Positions 1 to 11,326 are shown, numbered from the stretch's first letter. The stretch is 64,000 bases of DNA from an uncultured virus (IMG/VR IMGVR_UViG_3300028393_000024) (IMGVR_UViG_3300028393_000024); one strand, 5' to 3'. Notes: generated from the letters alone by a model not told the origin. Numbers and translations are program-made.

Positions 1-2
1 GA

Positions 3-962
3 ACAGAAACTCTTACTAACAAAACAATTAACTTAGCGAACAATACGCTAACTGCAACTTCTGCTCAACTGGCTACTGCTATTTCTGACGAAACTGGTAC
101 TGGTGTTTTAGTATTCGGTACTGCTCCAACGATTTCTTTACCAGTTATCGATAACATTAAGATGGGTTACAGTACAACTGTAACTGCAGCTGGTACTACT
201 ACTCTAACTGCTTCAAGTAACTATCGTCAATTCTTTACTGGTACAACTACTCAAACTATTCAGCTACCAGTAACCAGCACTTTAGTTGTTGGTATGGCTT
301 ATGAGATTGAGAATAATTCAACAGGATTATTAACAGTTAACTCTTCAGGTGGTAATGCAGTAGGAACAATTCCTGCAGGTGTTAGTGCCCATGTGATTTG
401 TATTGGAACAACACTAACTACTGCTGCAGATTGGGACTGGGATTATATCTCTTTCAATGCAATCACTGGTACTGGTTCTGCTGTTCTTGCCACTAGCCCA
501 ACTCTTGTTACACCAGTATTAGGTGTTGCAACTGCCACTAGTATTAATGGTTTAACAGTAACAACTACAACTGGCATTTTAACTCTTGCAAATAGTTCTA
601 CTTTAGCAACTTCTGGTGCTAATAGTATTACATTAACTTCTACTGGTTCAACCAACGTAACATTACCAACTACTGGCACTCTTGCTACTTTAGCTGGTTC
701 TGAAACATTCACTAACAAGACTTTAACAACACCAACTATTAATGGTGCATCACTATCAGGAACATTCTCTGGTGCTCACACTATGTCTGGTGTTGCAACA
801 TTCTCCAATACGACTGATGCAACTAGCACTTCTGCTGCTGCTGTTATTTTGTCTGGTGGTTTTGCTGTTGCAAAAACAATCTATGTTGGACTAAATATCA
901 CAGGTGCTGGTGCAGCAACTTCAACTTTGGATGGATTCCAGATTGATGGTGGTACTTACTAA
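3..962 (+). CDS. tail fibre protein, C-terminal part (5'-truncated by window edge)
   Basis: Frame is open from nt 3 ([14 protein letters not shown]...PVIDNIKMG); Thr/Gly/Ser-rich with TLTNKTL repeats; ends IDGGTY. Confidence 0.75.
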   Translation, partial: TETLTNKTINLANNTLTATSAQLATAISDETGTGVLVFGTAPTISLPVIDNIKMGYSTTVTAAGTTTLTASSNYRQFFTGTTTQTIQLPVTSTLVVGMAYEIENNSTGLLTVNSSGGNAVGTIPAGVSAHVICIGTTLTTAADWDWDYISFNAITGTGSAVLATSPTLVTPVLGVATATSINGLTVTTTTGILTLANSSTLATSGANSITLTSTGSTNVTLPTTGTLATLAGSETFTNKTLTTPTINGASLSGTFSGAHTMSGVATFSNTTDATSTSAAAVILSGGFAVAKTIYVGLNITGAGAATSTLDGFQIDGGTY

Positions 963-967
963 AATGA

Positions 968-975
968 ACTAAATA
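968..975 (+). promoter_or_regulatory. T4-late-like promoter ACTAAATA
   Basis: Intergenic; matches the (C/A)TAAATA motif recurring before late genes. Confidence 0.55.
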
Positions 976-1025
976 CATGAGTCGCTGGGATTCTTATCTC
1001 AGCTTTAACCTTTTTAGGAATATGA

Positions 1026-1457
1026 ATGAGTAATCAAGTTCTACTCAAGAAATCATCAGTTGGCGCAAGAGTCCCTCAGACAACTGACTTGGCATATGGC
1101 GAAGTCGCATTAAATTATGCTGATGGATTACTGTATTTCAAAGATTCCTCGAACGTCATTCGGTCTTTTGCTTCCTTAAATGCGACAGCAACTGAAACAA
1201 ATAAAACATTAACATCACCTACTATTAATAGTGGTGCATTGTCTGGCACTTTTACAGGTGCTCCAACTCTTTCTGATACAACAGCTTCTACATCTAGCAC
1301 TACTGGTTCATTAAAACTTGGTGGTGGATTGGGTGTTGTTGGTAACATTTATGTTGGCTCAGCAAGCAAAGTAGGTTTCGTAAACGCAAGTAACGTAAGC
1401 GCAGTATATCAAGTATATAATTCTACTACAAATAGTTTAGATACAATTTTTGGATAA
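1026..1457 (+). CDS. small tail-fibre-associated protein
   Basis: N-terminus LKKSSVGARVP..LAYGEVALNYADGLLYFKD resembles fibre/Mtd-type N-terminal domains; TSTTTGSLKLGGGLGV fibre repeat. Confidence 0.6.
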   Translation: MSNQVLLKKSSVGARVPQTTDLAYGEVALNYADGLLYFKDSSNVIRSFASLNATATETNKTLTSPTINSGALSGTFTGAPTLSDTTASTSSTTGSLKLGGGLGVVGNIYVGSASKVGFVNASNVSAVYQVYNSTTNSLDTIFG

Positions 1458-1463
1458 CAAATT

Positions 1464-2999
1464 ATGGCACCAGCAGCAGGCGTAACCCTTACTTCAGTTC
1501 CTACCAGTATCACAAAAGGCTCTACAGGAACATTTAATACCAGCTCAACTGGTTCATTAGCAAATGGTACCCTGTACTGGGTCATCAACAATGGCACCAC
1601 CACCAACAGCAATTTCTCTGCGGTCACTGGATCATACACAGCCACAGGCGGCACTGGTTCATTCTCAATTGTCACCGTAACAGATGGCATTTCACAAGCT
1701 GATTTGACTTTTACTGTTAGTATATGGACTGGAGCAGGCGGTACTGGGCTACTTAAAACCACCAGTAGTACAGTAAATTTGGCCAGCCCCTCAAGATATT
1801 GGGTAGGAGGCACAGGTGACTGGGATGGAGTTTCCACTGCAAATTGGTCAACCACATCTGGTGGTTCTTCTGGTGCGTCTGTTCCGACGACGGGCGACAA
1901 GGTGTTTTTTGATGCCAACTCTGGTGGTGGTACGGTCACAATCACCTACAACTATACAGGTGTCACCCCACAGTGTGCCAACTTAACCTGCACAGGTTTT
2001 ACGGGTACATTAGGCGGTAGTTATGTTTTACAAGTCTATGGAAATGTCACACTATCATCGGGCGGTAATTATACTGGTTTATCTTTATTTGTAGCAAGTG
2101 GAACTTGCACTCTGACATCTGTTGGAAAATCAATACAGGACTTGTATGTTGTTGACCCAGGAGCAACAGTTACTCTTGCCGATGCTGCAAACCTAACAGT
2201 AGATGGTTATCTCGAAATCTACGGAACTTTTACCACAAATAATTTTAGTGTAACTTCTGGTTTTGTCGATATTTACGACACAACAGGAACATTAAACATG
2301 GGGTCAAGCACGTTTACTGTCAATGGTGGGGGATGGTATGCGGATCCTCTTTCAACCATAAATGCTGGCACATCTACTATCAATATTTCAGGTAGTCCAA
2401 GTTTTCCTTGTGAATTTTACGGTGGCGGCAAAACCTATTACAATTTAAACATAGGCAGCTCGCTCGACATATACGACAGCAACACGTTCAACACCATTTC
2501 AAACAGTGCGCAGCCTATCACGTTGAGGTTTGATTCAGGGAAAACTCAAACAGTAACCAACTTCACAGTGTCAGGCACTGCTGGCAACCTAGTCACTTTG
2601 AATCGCCTTGGTGCTACAAACTGGATTTTGTCCAAAGCATCAGGTACTGTGAGTAGAGATTATCTAAGTATACAATATTCAATCGCCACGGGTGGTGCTG
2701 CTTGGTATGCTGGTGCACACTCAACCAACGGTGTCGGCAACACAGGGTGGATATTCACAGCACCGTCTGCTGGTAGTGTAATAGCATCAAGAATTACATC
2801 AACAGGTGTATTATCAATATCTGGACAGTTAGACGAAGTTACTCAGGCTACAATTAGTCTTACACCAAATTTTTTATACTCTAGTGAGTTTGATGAGTAT
2901 ACATTACAAGGCGCTGGTGGAGGTTTAGTCAAAAAAGAAACATCAACTGGAAAAATCCAAGTTACTGGATATTTTGATGAATATGTTAAACCTACTTAA
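1464..2999 (+). CDS. putative adhesin / receptor-binding structural protein
   Basis: 511 aa, Thr/Gly-rich, YWVGGTGDW..NWS..SGG motif, located among fibre genes. Confidence 0.55.
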   Translation: MAPAAGVTLTSVPTSITKGSTGTFNTSSTGSLANGTLYWVINNGTTTNSNFSAVTGSYTATGGTGSFSIVTVTDGISQADLTFTVSIWTGAGGTGLLKTTSSTVNLASPSRYWVGGTGDWDGVSTANWSTTSGGSSGASVPTTGDKVFFDANSGGGTVTITYNYTGVTPQCANLTCTGFTGTLGGSYVLQVYGNVTLSSGGNYTGLSLFVASGTCTLTSVGKSIQDLYVVDPGATVTLADAANLTVDGYLEIYGTFTTNNFSVTSGFVDIYDTTGTLNMGSSTFTVNGGGWYADPLSTINAGTSTINISGSPSFPCEFYGGGKTYYNLNIGSSLDIYDSNTFNTISNSAQPITLRFDSGKTQTVTNFTVSGTAGNLVTLNRLGATNWILSKASGTVSRDYLSIQYSIATGGAAWYAGAHSTNGVGNTGWIFTAPSAGSVIASRITSTGVLSISGQLDEVTQATISLTPNFLYSSEFDEYTLQGAGGGLVKKETSTGKIQVTGYFDEYVKPT

Positions 3000-3009
3000 A
3001 TAGAAAACT

Positions 3010-3687
3010 ATGGCTAAACTACTATCTGGCACAAGAATATACGGATCAGCAACGATAGATACAACTTTATCGTTGGGAACATCTGCAATTTTTAATGGCT
3101 CAACATCAGGGACAACTACTGTCCTAGCCACTGCTGTTGCAGGGACTACTACTCTAACTCTACCAGCTGCAACAGATACGCTAGTTGGTCGAGCAACGAC
3201 TGATACATTAACTAACAAAACTCTATCTTCCGCTACTCTCACTGGCACTCTCACTGCTGGTGGTGGAGTAGGAACAAGTGGACAAGTATTAACATCAACT
3301 GGAACAGGTGTTCAGTGGGGATCGTCAGGTGGCGGATCCACAACTAATCCGTTAACAATTGGTACTGGTTTATCTGGATCAAGTTTCAATGGATCTGCGG
3401 CAGTGACTATTGCCATCGATTCAACAGTAACTACAAATTCCGGAACTCAAACACTAACAAATAAAACTCTCTCTGCTCCTGTTGTTACTGGAACTTTAAC
3501 AGCCAATGGAGTTGTTGGTGCCAGTGGACAGTTTCTTTCTTCCACTGGAACAGGTGTTCAATGGTCTTCTGCCATAGCTGGTGGATATATGGCGATCTAC
3601 GCCAGAGCATCGACATTCAATGTTTTTGTTTATGTTGGCCAGCTTCCAGTATATGCAAGAGCTGGCACATTTAGCGTGACAATTTAA
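3010..3687 (+). CDS. tail fibre-like protein
   Basis: TLTNKTL repeats and duplicated GQ(V/F)L(T/S)STGTGVQW motif. Confidence 0.65.
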   Translation: MAKLLSGTRIYGSATIDTTLSLGTSAIFNGSTSGTTTVLATAVAGTTTLTLPAATDTLVGRATTDTLTNKTLSSATLTGTLTAGGGVGTSGQVLTSTGTGVQWGSSGGGSTTNPLTIGTGLSGSSFNGSAAVTIAIDSTVTTNSGTQTLTNKTLSAPVVTGTLTANGVVGASGQFLSSTGTGVQWSSAIAGGYMAIYARASTFNVFVYVGQLPVYARAGTFSVTI

Positions 3688-3688
3688 G

Positions 3689-3696
3689 GATAAATA
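3689..3696 (+). promoter_or_regulatory. T4-late-like promoter GATAAATA
   Basis: Ends 5 nt before the ATG at 3702. Confidence 0.5.
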
Positions 3697-3701
3697 ATTA
3701 A

Positions 3702-6700
3702 ATGGCAAATAGATTCCCCCTTATAGCAAATTCTGCTGACTCGAAGATATACGAGTTAGCGTCTGGCGACAACTTAGATTTAACTGGTAGTAATATTGCC
3801 AATAGTGCTGCAGTTATTACACTACCATCAGTAACAAGTACACTGGCAACTCTCGCTGGGACAGAAACACTTAGTAATAAAACTCTTACTACGCCAGTTC
3901 TTGGTGTTGCCACAGCTACTAGCATTAACAAGGTAGCGTTCACGGCACCTGCCACTGGTTCTACTCTAACGATTGCTGATGGAAAAACTCTTACTGCATC
4001 AAATACATTAACATTTACTGGTACCGACTCCTCTTCTGTTGCCTTTGGTTCTGGTGGTACTGTTGCTTATACTTCAAATAAGTTATCTGTATTTGCTGCA
4101 ACATCTTCATCTGAATTGGCTGGCGTTATTTCTGATGAGACTGGAACTGGTGTTCTAGTATTTGGAACTGCTCCAACCTTCACTACTAGTATTGATGGAG
4201 GTGCAACCTTCGGTGCTTTTGCCAGCCCAACTGCACTAACTCTTGGATATACTGGAACTGGTGCATCGTCAACAACCAATATCTCAACTGCTGCACTTAC
4301 TGGCGCATTTACTAAAACGATTAACATTGGTACCAATGGTACTACTGGTTCTACAACTGCCATTAATATTGGTTCCGCAACAAGTGGAACAACAACAGTT
4401 AATGGTACATTTGTTGCAGCTGCTGGTGGTTTGACTGGAACAATCTCTTCAACAGTTCTTGGTAACTCAACTGTTTATATCGGAACAACTGCTGTTGCAT
4501 TGAATCGTGCTTCTGCTAACTTAGCATTGACTGGTATTCTAAGCGAAACCTATGCAGGTTCTACATCAGGAACGATACAAGTTATACCAACTGCAGTTGC
4601 AGGTACTGGCACTGTTATTACTTTACCAGCAACAACTGGTACTGTTGTTACGACAGGTGATACAGGAAGTGTTACTAATACAATGTTGGCTGGTTCAATC
4701 GCCAATGCCAAACTAACAAACAGCACCATAACAATTAATAGTGCTTCAACAGCACTTGGTGGCAGCGTTACACTTTACGCTGGTACTACTGCTTTGTTCA
4801 CTACTTCTGGTGGTGGAACATTACCAAACACTTCTCTAACTAACAGTTCTGTAACTGTTGGATCTACTGCTATTTCTCTTGGTGCTTCTAGCACAACTAT
4901 CGCTGGCTTAACATCTATCGACGCCACAGTTGGTTCTACTTCTTTCTTTGCGACACCAACTTCGCCAGCGTTATTTGCTGCTGGCACTGCAGTTTCTATC
5001 GGTGCTGCAACTGGTACAACTACAATTAATAATAATGCTGTTGTTACAGGTAACTTAACTGTAAACGGCACAACTACTACAATCAACGCAACTACTCTTA
5101 GTGTTAATGACCTTAATATTGAGATCGGTAAAGTTGCTACACCAACTGATACTACTGCAAATGGTGGTGGTATTACTCTAAAGGGTGCTACTGATAAAAC
5201 TATTACTTGGGATAGCACTAACAATAACTGGACTTCTTCAGAAAACTGGAATATTGCCACTGGTAAAGTATTTAAAATTAATAACGTCTCAATGCTTACC
5301 GCAACGGGATTGGGTTCTACTGTTGTAAGTTCTTCACTAACTTCTGTTGGTACTATCGGTACTGGTGTTTGGAATGGAACTGCTATTGGTGCTGCTTATG
5401 GTGGTACTGGTGTAGCAAATAACGCTGCCAGCACATTAACAATTTCAGGAGCATTCGGTACTACTCTAACAGTTTCTGCGACAACTGCTCTTACTCTACC
5501 AACATCTGGTACACTTTCGACATTAGCTGGAACAGAAACACTAACAAATAAAACTCTTACTAGTCCAACGCTAACTACTCCTGTTCTTGGAACTCCATCA
5601 TCAGGAACTCTGACAAGTTGTACTGGTCTTCCTCTTTCTACTGGTGTTACTGGTACTCTACCTGTTGCCAATGGTGGTACTGGTGTTACTACTTCAACTG
5701 GTTCAGGTGCAAATGTTCTTGGTACTGGTCCAACGATATCGCTACCAGTTATTGATAATATTAAAATGGGTTATACCACAACTGCCACTGCAGCTGGTAC
5801 AACTACATTAACAGTAGCAAGCAACTTTAGACAGTTGTTTACTGGATCAACTACACAAACTATTGTTCTTCCAGTAACAAGCACTTTAGTTACTGGTGTA
5901 AGTTTTGAAATTGAAAATAATTCCACTGGTAATTTAACAGTTAACTCTTCTGGTGGCAACTTAGTTGCCACTGTTTATGCAGGACTTACTTTACTAGTAA
6001 CTTGTATTGCTACAACTACAACTACTGCTGCAGATTGGGATGCTGATTATATTGGTTTTCAAACATTAACTGGCACTGGTAACTTAGTTCTAGCAACAAG
6101 TCCAACTCTGGTAACTCCTGTTCTTGGTACACCATCTTCGGGCACGTTGACCAGCTGTACTGGTTTGCCATTAAGCACTGGCGTCACTGGCACATTACCA
6201 GTTGCCAATGGTGGTACTGGTGTTACTACTTCAACTGGTTCTGGTAACGTGGTTCTATCTACTTCGCCAACTCTGGTAACTCCTGTTCTGGGAACTCCTT
6301 CCTCTGGTACTCTGACAAGTTGTACTGGTTTACCATTAAGCACTGGTATTACGGGAACTCTACCTGTTGCCAATGGTGGTACTGGTGTTACTACTTCTAC
6401 AGGAACTGGTTCTGTTGTTCTATCCGCTGGACCAACTTTCACTGGAACTCTTACTGGTTCTGTTGGGTCGTTCAGTTCTACCATGGCAACTGGCGCATTA
6501 ACAGTTACTGGCGCAATCACTGCTACCACTACAATTACTTCTTACTTCTCTGACGATCGTTTGAAGACTCGTACTGGTAATATTCAAAATGCTCTTGAGA
6601 AAGTTCTTTCCCTTGATGGTTTCCACTACCACGCAAACGAAACTGCAGTGGCACTGGGATATGATGGATCTAAAGAAGAAGTTGGTTTATCTGCTCAACA

Positions 6701-6854
6701 AGTTCAAGCAGTGCTTCCTGAAGTTATTGCCCCTGCTCCAATTGATCCACAGTATATGACTCTACACTATGAACGTCTTGTGCCACTATTGGTTGAAGCA
6801 ATTAAAGAACAACAAAAACAAATCGAAGAATTAAAAGCAAAGGTAGGAATGTAA
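3702..6854 (+). CDS. long tail fibre with C-terminal intramolecular chaperone (peptidase S74-like)
   Basis: 1050 aa Thr/Gly-rich with repeats; C-terminal SDDRLK...[13 protein letters not shown]...[22 protein letters not shown] is the S74 signature. Confidence 0.85.
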   Translation: MANRFPLIANSADSKIYELASGDNLDLTGSNIANSAAVITLPSVTSTLATLAGTETLSNKTLTTPVLGVATATSINKVAFTAPATGSTLTIADGKTLTASNTLTFTGTDSSSVAFGSGGTVAYTSNKLSVFAATSSSELAGVISDETGTGVLVFGTAPTFTTSIDGGATFGAFASPTALTLGYTGTGASSTTNISTAALTGAFTKTINIGTNGTTGSTTAINIGSATSGTTTVNGTFVAAAGGLTGTISSTVLGNSTVYIGTTAVALNRASANLALTGILSETYAGSTSGTIQVIPTAVAGTGTVITLPATTGTVVTTGDTGSVTNTMLAGSIANAKLTNSTITINSASTALGGSVTLYAGTTALFTTSGGGTLPNTSLTNSSVTVGSTAISLGASSTTIAGLTSIDATVGSTSFFATPTSPALFAAGTAVSIGAATGTTTINNNAVVTGNLTVNGTTTTINATTLSVNDLNIEIGKVATPTDTTANGGGITLKGATDKTITWDSTNNNWTSSENWNIATGKVFKINNVSMLTATGLGSTVVSSSLTSVGTIGTGVWNGTAIGAAYGGTGVANNAASTLTISGAFGTTLTVSATTALTLPTSGTLSTLAGTETLTNKTLTSPTLTTPVLGTPSSGTLTSCTGLPLSTGVTGTLPVANGGTGVTTSTGSGANVLGTGPTISLPVIDNIKMGYTTTATAAGTTTLTVASNFRQLFTGSTTQTIVLPVTSTLVTGVSFEIENNSTGNLTVNSSGGNLVATVYAGLTLLVTCIATTTTTAADWDADYIGFQTLTGTGNLVLATSPTLVTPVLGTPSSGTLTSCTGLPLSTGVTGTLPVANGGTGVTTSTGSGNVVLSTSPTLVTPVLGTPSSGTLTSCTGLPLSTGITGTLPVANGGTGVTTSTGTGSVVLSAGPTFTGTLTGSVGSFSSTMATGALTVTGAITATTTITSYFSDDRLKTRTGNIQNALEKVLSLDGFHYHANETAVALGYDGSKEEVGLSAQQVQAVLPEVIAPAPIDPQYMTLHYERLVPLLVEAIKEQQKQIEELKAKVGM
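5578..6410 (+). repeat. three ~43-aa coding repeats ([41 protein letters not shown]) in the tail fibre
   Basis: Copies at about 5578-5705, 6115-6245 and 6277-6410; near-identical protein with synonymous DNA differences. Confidence 0.85.
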
Positions 6855-6855
6855 T

Positions 6856-7893
6856 ATGGCAATTCCAGCAAGCAGAGAAGATTTTAAACAATATTGTTTA
6901 CGAAACCTTGGCGCACCTGTGCTTGAGATTAACGTGGACGATGATCAGCTAGAAGATCGTATTGATGAATCGTTGGATATTTTCCGTCTTTATCACTACG
7001 ATGGTATCGAGAAGTTATATTTGAAACATCAAATTACTGCATCAACATTAAAAATTACATCCAATAATGGATTGTCCTTTGCTGGTAATTCAAGAATAAT
7101 TGGTCAAACATCAGGTGTCGCTGCAACTGTGTATGGTTCACAAAATGGTGTGCTTCCATATAACACTGATCAAAGTGTTCTTTATGTTGCTCGTTTGCTT
7201 CCTGTTGTTACTGGTCGTCCAGTTGGACCATCAGTTATGTTTACTGCTGGCGAAACAATTACTGGCACTAATGCTGCTGGCGCAACTATCACTGGAACAA
7301 TTAGCACTGTTACTGATTGGTTTACTCCTGGCGATATCGAGAACAAATATATTCCTATCGCTGATTCAGTTTATGGTGTTACCAGAGTTATGCCACTGTT
7401 TCAAGGAACATCTTCTTCTAAGTCAATCTTTGACTTACAATATCAACTTAGATTAAACGACCTGTACGATTTGTCTAGCACTTCGTTAATCTATTACACA
7501 ACTGTTATGCAACACTTGGCAACATTAGACTTGTTGTTAAATGGTAAACCTATCTACCGTTTTAATCGTTTAGAAAACAGATTGCAAATCGACATTGACT
7601 GGCTCAATGGTCAAAAGATTGATGTCGGCAACTATGTTGTTGTTGAAGCGTATCGTGGTTTAGATCCTGTTGAATTTACTAAAGTATGGAACGAACCATG
7701 GCTCAAGCGTTATACCACTGCACTATTCAAGCGTCAGTGGGGAACTAATCTTAAAAAGTTTAGTGGTCTACAACTTCCAGGTGGTGTAACCTTAGATGGT
7801 AACTTACTCTATAACGAAGCCAATGTAGAAATTAAAGCACTAGAAGACGAACTACAAAATAAATCTGCTCCCCTTGACTTTATGATGGGTTAA
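6856..7893 (+). CDS. gp13: neck protein gp13
   Basis: YCLRNLGAPVLEINVDDDQLEDRID...WGTNLKKFSGLQLPGGVTLDG; synteny. Confidence 0.92.
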   Translation: MAIPASREDFKQYCLRNLGAPVLEINVDDDQLEDRIDESLDIFRLYHYDGIEKLYLKHQITASTLKITSNNGLSFAGNSRIIGQTSGVAATVYGSQNGVLPYNTDQSVLYVARLLPVVTGRPVGPSVMFTAGETITGTNAAGATITGTISTVTDWFTPGDIENKYIPIADSVYGVTRVMPLFQGTSSSKSIFDLQYQLRLNDLYDLSSTSLIYYTTVMQHLATLDLLLNGKPIYRFNRLENRLQIDIDWLNGQKIDVGNYVVVEAYRGLDPVEFTKVWNEPWLKRYTTALFKRQWGTNLKKFSGLQLPGGVTLDGNLLYNEANVEIKALEDELQNKSAPLDFMMG

Positions 7894-7896
7894 TAA

Positions 7897-8955
7897 ATGG
7901 CACGCAATGTCTACTTTTCCCAAGGAACTGCCAACGAACAATATCTGTTAGAAGATATTATCGTTGAGTCAATGCAGATTTATGGGCAAGATTTCTACTA
8001 TATCCCAAGAACACTGGTAGCCAAGGATGATATTCTTGGTGAAGACAGGTTGTCTGAGTTTAAGGAAGCATACGGTATTGAGATGTACCTTGAAACCAAT
8101 CAAGGGTTTGAAGGACAAGGTGCGTTCATTGAAAAGTTTGGTCTTATGATGGAACAGTCAGCAACTCTTACAGTTGCTCGTCGTCGTTGGGAACAGCTTG
8201 TTGGAAGGTTTGGTCAGACTCAATTACCAAATAGACCATGCGAAGGGGACTTGTTATATTTCCCTTTAACAAAAGGTCTATTTGAAATTAAGTTTGTTCA
8301 ACATCAAGATCCATTCTATCAACTTGGTAAACTTTATGTTTATCGTCTTAATATTGAATTGTATCAGTACGCTTCTGAGCATATTGATACTGGATTTAAA
8401 GATATTGATGTATTTGAAACACTAAAGACTTATGACATCGACTACGCAAGAAATGCGATTGGTTCAGTTACTCATGTTAACATTACCAGCGCAGGTTCAG
8501 GATACACTACTACACCAACAATTACACTGACAGGTGGCGATGGTACTGCTGCTTTCCAACCAGCAAGTCTTTCTTTGGTAATGACATCTGGTTCGGTAAC
8601 GGCAATTAATATTTTAAATATTGGAACTGGATATGATTCTGCTCCAACAATAAAAATTGGAACATGGTGGACTGCTTCTACTGCAGTAAACACTAATGTA
8701 AATATTGCGTATAGTAATAAATTGTATAAAGTAACAACTGCAGGGACTCTGGCTTCTACACCACCAAGTCATACTACTGGTTCAGCTGCCAATGGTTCAG
8801 CAATATTGTTATACGTTGGAACTCCAGCCACTGCTGTTGCCACAATTGAAGTTAATCCAGATTTACCAAACTCTTATGGTGACAATATTAAATTTAAAGC
8901 AGAAGCAACTGATGTTGTTTTCAATGTTAACAATCCATTCGGAGATATTCAATAA
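7897..8955 (+). CDS. gp14: neck protein gp14 with inserted decoration domains
   Basis: ESMQIYGQDFYYIPR, EGDLLYFP, FEIKFVQHQDPFYQLGK, NNPFG. Confidence 0.9.
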   Translation: MARNVYFSQGTANEQYLLEDIIVESMQIYGQDFYYIPRTLVAKDDILGEDRLSEFKEAYGIEMYLETNQGFEGQGAFIEKFGLMMEQSATLTVARRRWEQLVGRFGQTQLPNRPCEGDLLYFPLTKGLFEIKFVQHQDPFYQLGKLYVYRLNIELYQYASEHIDTGFKDIDVFETLKTYDIDYARNAIGSVTHVNITSAGSGYTTTPTITLTGGDGTAAFQPASLSLVMTSGSVTAINILNIGTGYDSAPTIKIGTWWTASTAVNTNVNIAYSNKLYKVTTAGTLASTPPSHTTGSAANGSAILLYVGTPATAVATIEVNPDLPNSYGDNIKFKAEATDVVFNVNNPFGDIQ

Positions 8956-9689
8956 TGCTTAATATCCCACCATTCTATCACGGATTGACTCGTAAGGTTA
9001 TCGTATCATTCGGTAGTTTATTCAGTAACATTAAAATTCAACGCCAAGATAACACTGGTGCTGTTGCTCAAACACTTGTTGTTCCGCTTACTTATGCTCC
9101 TAAAGAAAAATGGTTAGTTCGTATTGAACAAGATCCAGCACTGGAAAAAAATACTTATATTACTCTTCCAAGAATGTCCTTTGAGATTACAAGTATGTCA
9201 TACGATTCGTCAAGAAAAACAAATCGTATGAATAAGATAAGCGCAAACAATACTGAAACAACTCCAACTTCAGTGAACCAAGCATATAGTCCTGTTCCTT
9301 ATAACTTTGACATTGCTCTTTATATTATTTCAAAGACTCAAGAAGACTGTTTGCAGATTGTCGAACAGATTCTTCCTTTCTTTACACCTGAGTTTACTCT
9401 AAGCATTAATGCTGTTCCAGAGTTAGATGTAACAATGGATATTCCTATTATTTTAAATAGTGTAAATATTGAAGATAATTATGATGGAACTTTTCAAGAC
9501 AGAAGATTTGTTACCTATACAATTAATTTTACGCTAAAATCTAATTTCTTTGGTCCAGTTACAAATACTGGTCCGATTACTACAGTGTTTATTAATGATA
9601 TTGGTGTTCACCAACCACATAGAAAATTTACTGCCACAGGTGATTTTACAACAGCAACAATTGCTGAAACTTGGAATGACACTTTCTAA
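8955..9689 (+). CDS. gp15: tail sheath stabilizer / terminator gp15
   Basis: FGSLFSNI, VPLTYAPKEK, LPRMSFE, QIVEQILPFFTP. Confidence 0.92.
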   Translation: MLNIPPFYHGLTRKVIVSFGSLFSNIKIQRQDNTGAVAQTLVVPLTYAPKEKWLVRIEQDPALEKNTYITLPRMSFEITSMSYDSSRKTNRMNKISANNTETTPTSVNQAYSPVPYNFDIALYIISKTQEDCLQIVEQILPFFTPEFTLSINAVPELDVTMDIPIILNSVNIEDNYDGTFQDRRFVTYTINFTLKSNFFGPVTNTGPITTVFINDIGVHQPHRKFTATGDFTTATIAETWNDTF

Positions 9690-11323
9690 TGGCAATAGTA
9701 TATAATGCAAACCCAAACCTGAAAGCAATCGGTGTTTCGGTAAATTTTACTCCTGAACAAATTCAAGAGTACATTAAGTGTAAGAATGATTACATTTACT
9801 TTATTGAAAATTACTGTCAGATTGTTACTCTTGATCATGGTCTACAGTTGTTCAAGTTGTATGATTGCCAAAAAGAAAAATTAAAAATTATTCATGAGAA
9901 TCGTAAAGTTATTCTTATGGAAGGTCGCCAGCAAGGTAAGACTACTACTTCTGCAGCCTATATTCTTTGGTACACAATATTTCAAGATGCCAAAACTGTA
10001 GCGATCTTGGCCAACAAAGCAACAGCTGCTCGTGAAGTTCTTGCTCGTTATCAAATTATGTATGAAGGATTGCCAGTTTGGCTGCAGCAAGGTATTAAAT
10101 CTTGGAACAAAGGTGATGTTGAATTAGAAAATGGTTCAAAGGTATTTACCGCTGCAACATCTACCTCTGGTATTCGTGGTAAGTCTGTTAACTTACTTTA
10201 CGTGGACGAAGCAGCGATTATTCCTAACACTGTTGCTGAACAGTTTTTTACTTCTGTTTATCCTACTATTTCTGCAGGTGAAACAACAAAGATTCTGTTG
10301 AGTTCAACACCACTTGGTTATAATCACTTTTGGAAATTCTGGAATGATGCTGAACATGGGCGTAATGGTTTTGTAAACTGTTTCATTCCATACTGGAAGA
10401 TTCCAGGTCGTGATGAAAAGTGGGCACTTGAACAGAAAGCAATTCTCGGTGATCTAAAGTATAACCAAGAGGTACTTTGTAAGTTCCTTGGTTCTGCAAT
10501 GACATTGATTAACTCCGATGTTATTTCAATGATGTCGCCGATATATCCTGTTTACTCCAAAGATGGACTGGATGTGTTTGAAGAACCAGTCTATGAAATG
10601 GAAAGTGGTAAGTTTGATAACTTTGGTAAGCCAATTATGAAACCACCACATACCTATGTGTTAATTGCCGATGTATCAGCTGGTGTTGAAGGCGACTATT
10701 CAGCCTTTTCAGTTATTGACATTACTACAGCACCTTATAAACAGGTTGCCAAGTTTAGAAAAAATGATGTGTCTACATTATTGTACCCAAACTTTATCTA
10801 TAAGGTTGCCAAGGAATACAATAATGCCTACATTTTGGTTGAGATAAATATAAGTGATCAAGTTGCTAATATTTTGCACAACGAATTAGAATATGATAAC
10901 CTTTTGTTTGTGAATAGAAACAGTCAGGGACAAGCAGTTTCTGGTGGTTTCGGTGGTGGTCGTGCCCAACTGGGTATTGTCACTGATAGAAAGGTTAAAC
11001 GAATTGGTTGTATGAATCTGAAAACCATGGTTGAGGAACAAAAGTTATTGATTCCAGATGCCGATACTATTTCAGAGATTACAACTTTTATTGAATCAAA
11101 GGGTTCATATGCAGCAGATGATGGATACTGTGACGATCTGGTAATGACTTTGGTTTTATTTGGCTGGTTAACTACTCAGCCATACTTTAAAGATTTAAAT
11201 GATATCAATCTGAGAGATCTGATTTACAGGTCTCGAATAAAAGCGATTGAAAATGAATTAACTCCATTTGGGTTTATAGCAGACGGACAAGGTTCAGAAG
11301 AAAGACCTCTTCTAAACTTCTAA
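9689..11323 (+). CDS. gp17: terminase large subunit
   Basis: Walker A GRQQGKTT, Walker B YVDEAA, SSTPLG, nuclease motif DDLVM. Confidence 0.96.
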   Translation: MAIVYNANPNLKAIGVSVNFTPEQIQEYIKCKNDYIYFIENYCQIVTLDHGLQLFKLYDCQKEKLKIIHENRKVILMEGRQQGKTTTSAAYILWYTIFQDAKTVAILANKATAAREVLARYQIMYEGLPVWLQQGIKSWNKGDVELENGSKVFTAATSTSGIRGKSVNLLYVDEAAIIPNTVAEQFFTSVYPTISAGETTKILLSSTPLGYNHFWKFWNDAEHGRNGFVNCFIPYWKIPGRDEKWALEQKAILGDLKYNQEVLCKFLGSAMTLINSDVISMMSPIYPVYSKDGLDVFEEPVYEMESGKFDNFGKPIMKPPHTYVLIADVSAGVEGDYSAFSVIDITTAPYKQVAKFRKNDVSTLLYPNFIYKVAKEYNNAYILVEINISDQVANILHNELEYDNLLFVNRNSQGQAVSGGFGGGRAQLGIVTDRKVKRIGCMNLKTMVEEQKLLIPDADTISEITTFIESKGSYAADDGYCDDLVMTLVLFGWLTTQPYFKDLNDINLRDLIYRSRIKAIENELTPFGFIADGQGSEERPLLNF

Positions 11324-11326
11324 AAT

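Noticed and set aside
5578..6410. Repeats considered as a CRISPR array or DGR template/variable repeat pair
   Set aside because: They are in-frame coding repeats with synonymous differences, without spacers or adenine-specific changes, and no reverse transcriptase or cas gene is in the window
443..6529. Many minus-strand ORFs (Val/Pro-rich) opposite the fibre genes, and similar shadow ORFs throughout the window
   Set aside because: Antisense read-through of ACT/GGT-rich codons; no SD or protein motifs, and fully overlapped by well-supported + strand genes
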